Shown here: in pieces, positions 62,262-63,226 of the stretch
Layout: each line of letters opens with the position of its first letter
Position numbering within the stretch: position 1 is the stretch's first letter
Assembly (NCBI GenBank): GCA_003427395.1
Contig: BFEA01000031.1
Span: 4,956,736 to 5,019,961, forward strand
Length of the DNA: 63,226 nucleotides
Reading direction: 5' to 3'
From: Chara braunii
Taxonomy: Eukaryota > Plantae > Charophyceae
Program-made: the position numbers and the translations under genes
Notes under the pieces: model-generated
What the model was told of the DNA's origin: nothing
Database searches by the model: none
What the model saw: only the letters and a program-made list of their open reading frames with translations

Positions 62262-63144
62262 TCACAACATATTATATTATATATATATATTTTTTAAAAT
62301 AAGAATAAAACTTACATATTTGATATTGTATTTTGCCTATTTCATTTCTACAACATTGTGAAATATGGAAAAAGATCTACAGAAAGCAAGGATAACCAAC
62401 ACAACAAGACTGATACATTGTAAGTATTTATTACTATTTCTATCAAAAACGTATTTTATAATAAACTACAACAATTAAAATACAAATAAAATTATAAACC
62501 CCCCCAAAAAAATAACCAAATAAAAATTCATATTTGTTATTTTATACACATACAACTAGGCCCACTAGCCCGTAGCTACTGAGGTCCTTAGGCCGACCTC
62601 CGTACGTACGGGCGTTTAGGGTTCCGTTCGGGGTCCGAACTCGACGACATGCCTAAAAAAAGAAATTTTTTCAGATTGTTTTTTTAAGGTTCTCTATGAT
62701 GTGAGGTACATATCTATATATTTTCTAGTCATTTTCCTAAGCAAAACAAGAATAAAAAAATGCCAAAGATGGCGATGTCAAAGCGTGCTAGCCCACTAAC
62801 TGATTTTTTTTTTTCACTTTTTATTTTTTGTTTTCACTTTATTACGAGGCCTGAAAATGTGGATTATTTGTTAGAAGTTTTTCACTTAGTTTTTTATTAT
62901 GTGAAGTACACATAAGTAAATTTTTAGGGCATTTGGATTTTTCCCAAAAAAAAAATAAAATCACTAAAGATGATGGTGTCAAAAACGTATACGCTCTCTC
63001 ACTAATTTAAATTCTTTTTTGATTTATTTTTATTTTTATTATTAGTTATATTTTTTTTATTTGTTTTTTTTTTCAAATTGGTAAATAATTTGGATGTAAT
63101 GCTCAGACAAATGTTGTTTAATTTATTTTTCTTCATAATATTTA

Positions 63145-63146
<2 letters not shown>

Positions 63147-63210
<64 letters not shown>
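63147..63210. repeat. (ATT)n microsatellite
   Basis: Directly visible. Confidence 0.95.
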
Positions 63211-63211
<1 letters not shown>

Positions 63212-63226
63212 TTTTTTTTTTTTTTT

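Noticed and set aside
60780-63226. AT-rich block as organellar or viral insertion
   Set aside because: No recognisable genes or ORFs; only a MITE and microsatellites can be supported.

Overview
Repeat-dominated eukaryotic genomic DNA. A streptophyte alga such as Chara is my inference, from the plant-type U6, GS1 and aldolase sequences and the style of the transposons. Only two host genes are visible: the 5' part of a cytosolic fructose-bisphosphate aldolase (minus strand, running off the left edge) and a complete, intronless cytosolic glutamine synthetase (45514-46584). The rest is nested mobile DNA: a degenerate Ty3/gypsy element with ~2.4-kb LTRs, a related solo LTR, a 7-kb hAT with an 8-bp TSD, several MITEs, two L1/Tx1-type LINEs, two Penelope-like remnants, two U6 pseudogenes and microsatellites. 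The most unusual signals are (1) an array of 17 stem-loops with a near-invariant AACTTA/UAAGUU loop and covarying stems at 16.6-17.9 kb, (2) a protein ORF encoded inside the LTRs and conserved at amino-acid level between two diverged LTR families, (3) a PHD finger and an intron-like segment between RNase H and integrase of the gypsy pol, (4) two independent hAT insertions 3 bp apart in paralogous repeats, and (5) an L1 sitting between two U6 copies. All alignments and translations outside the supplied ORF track were done by eye.
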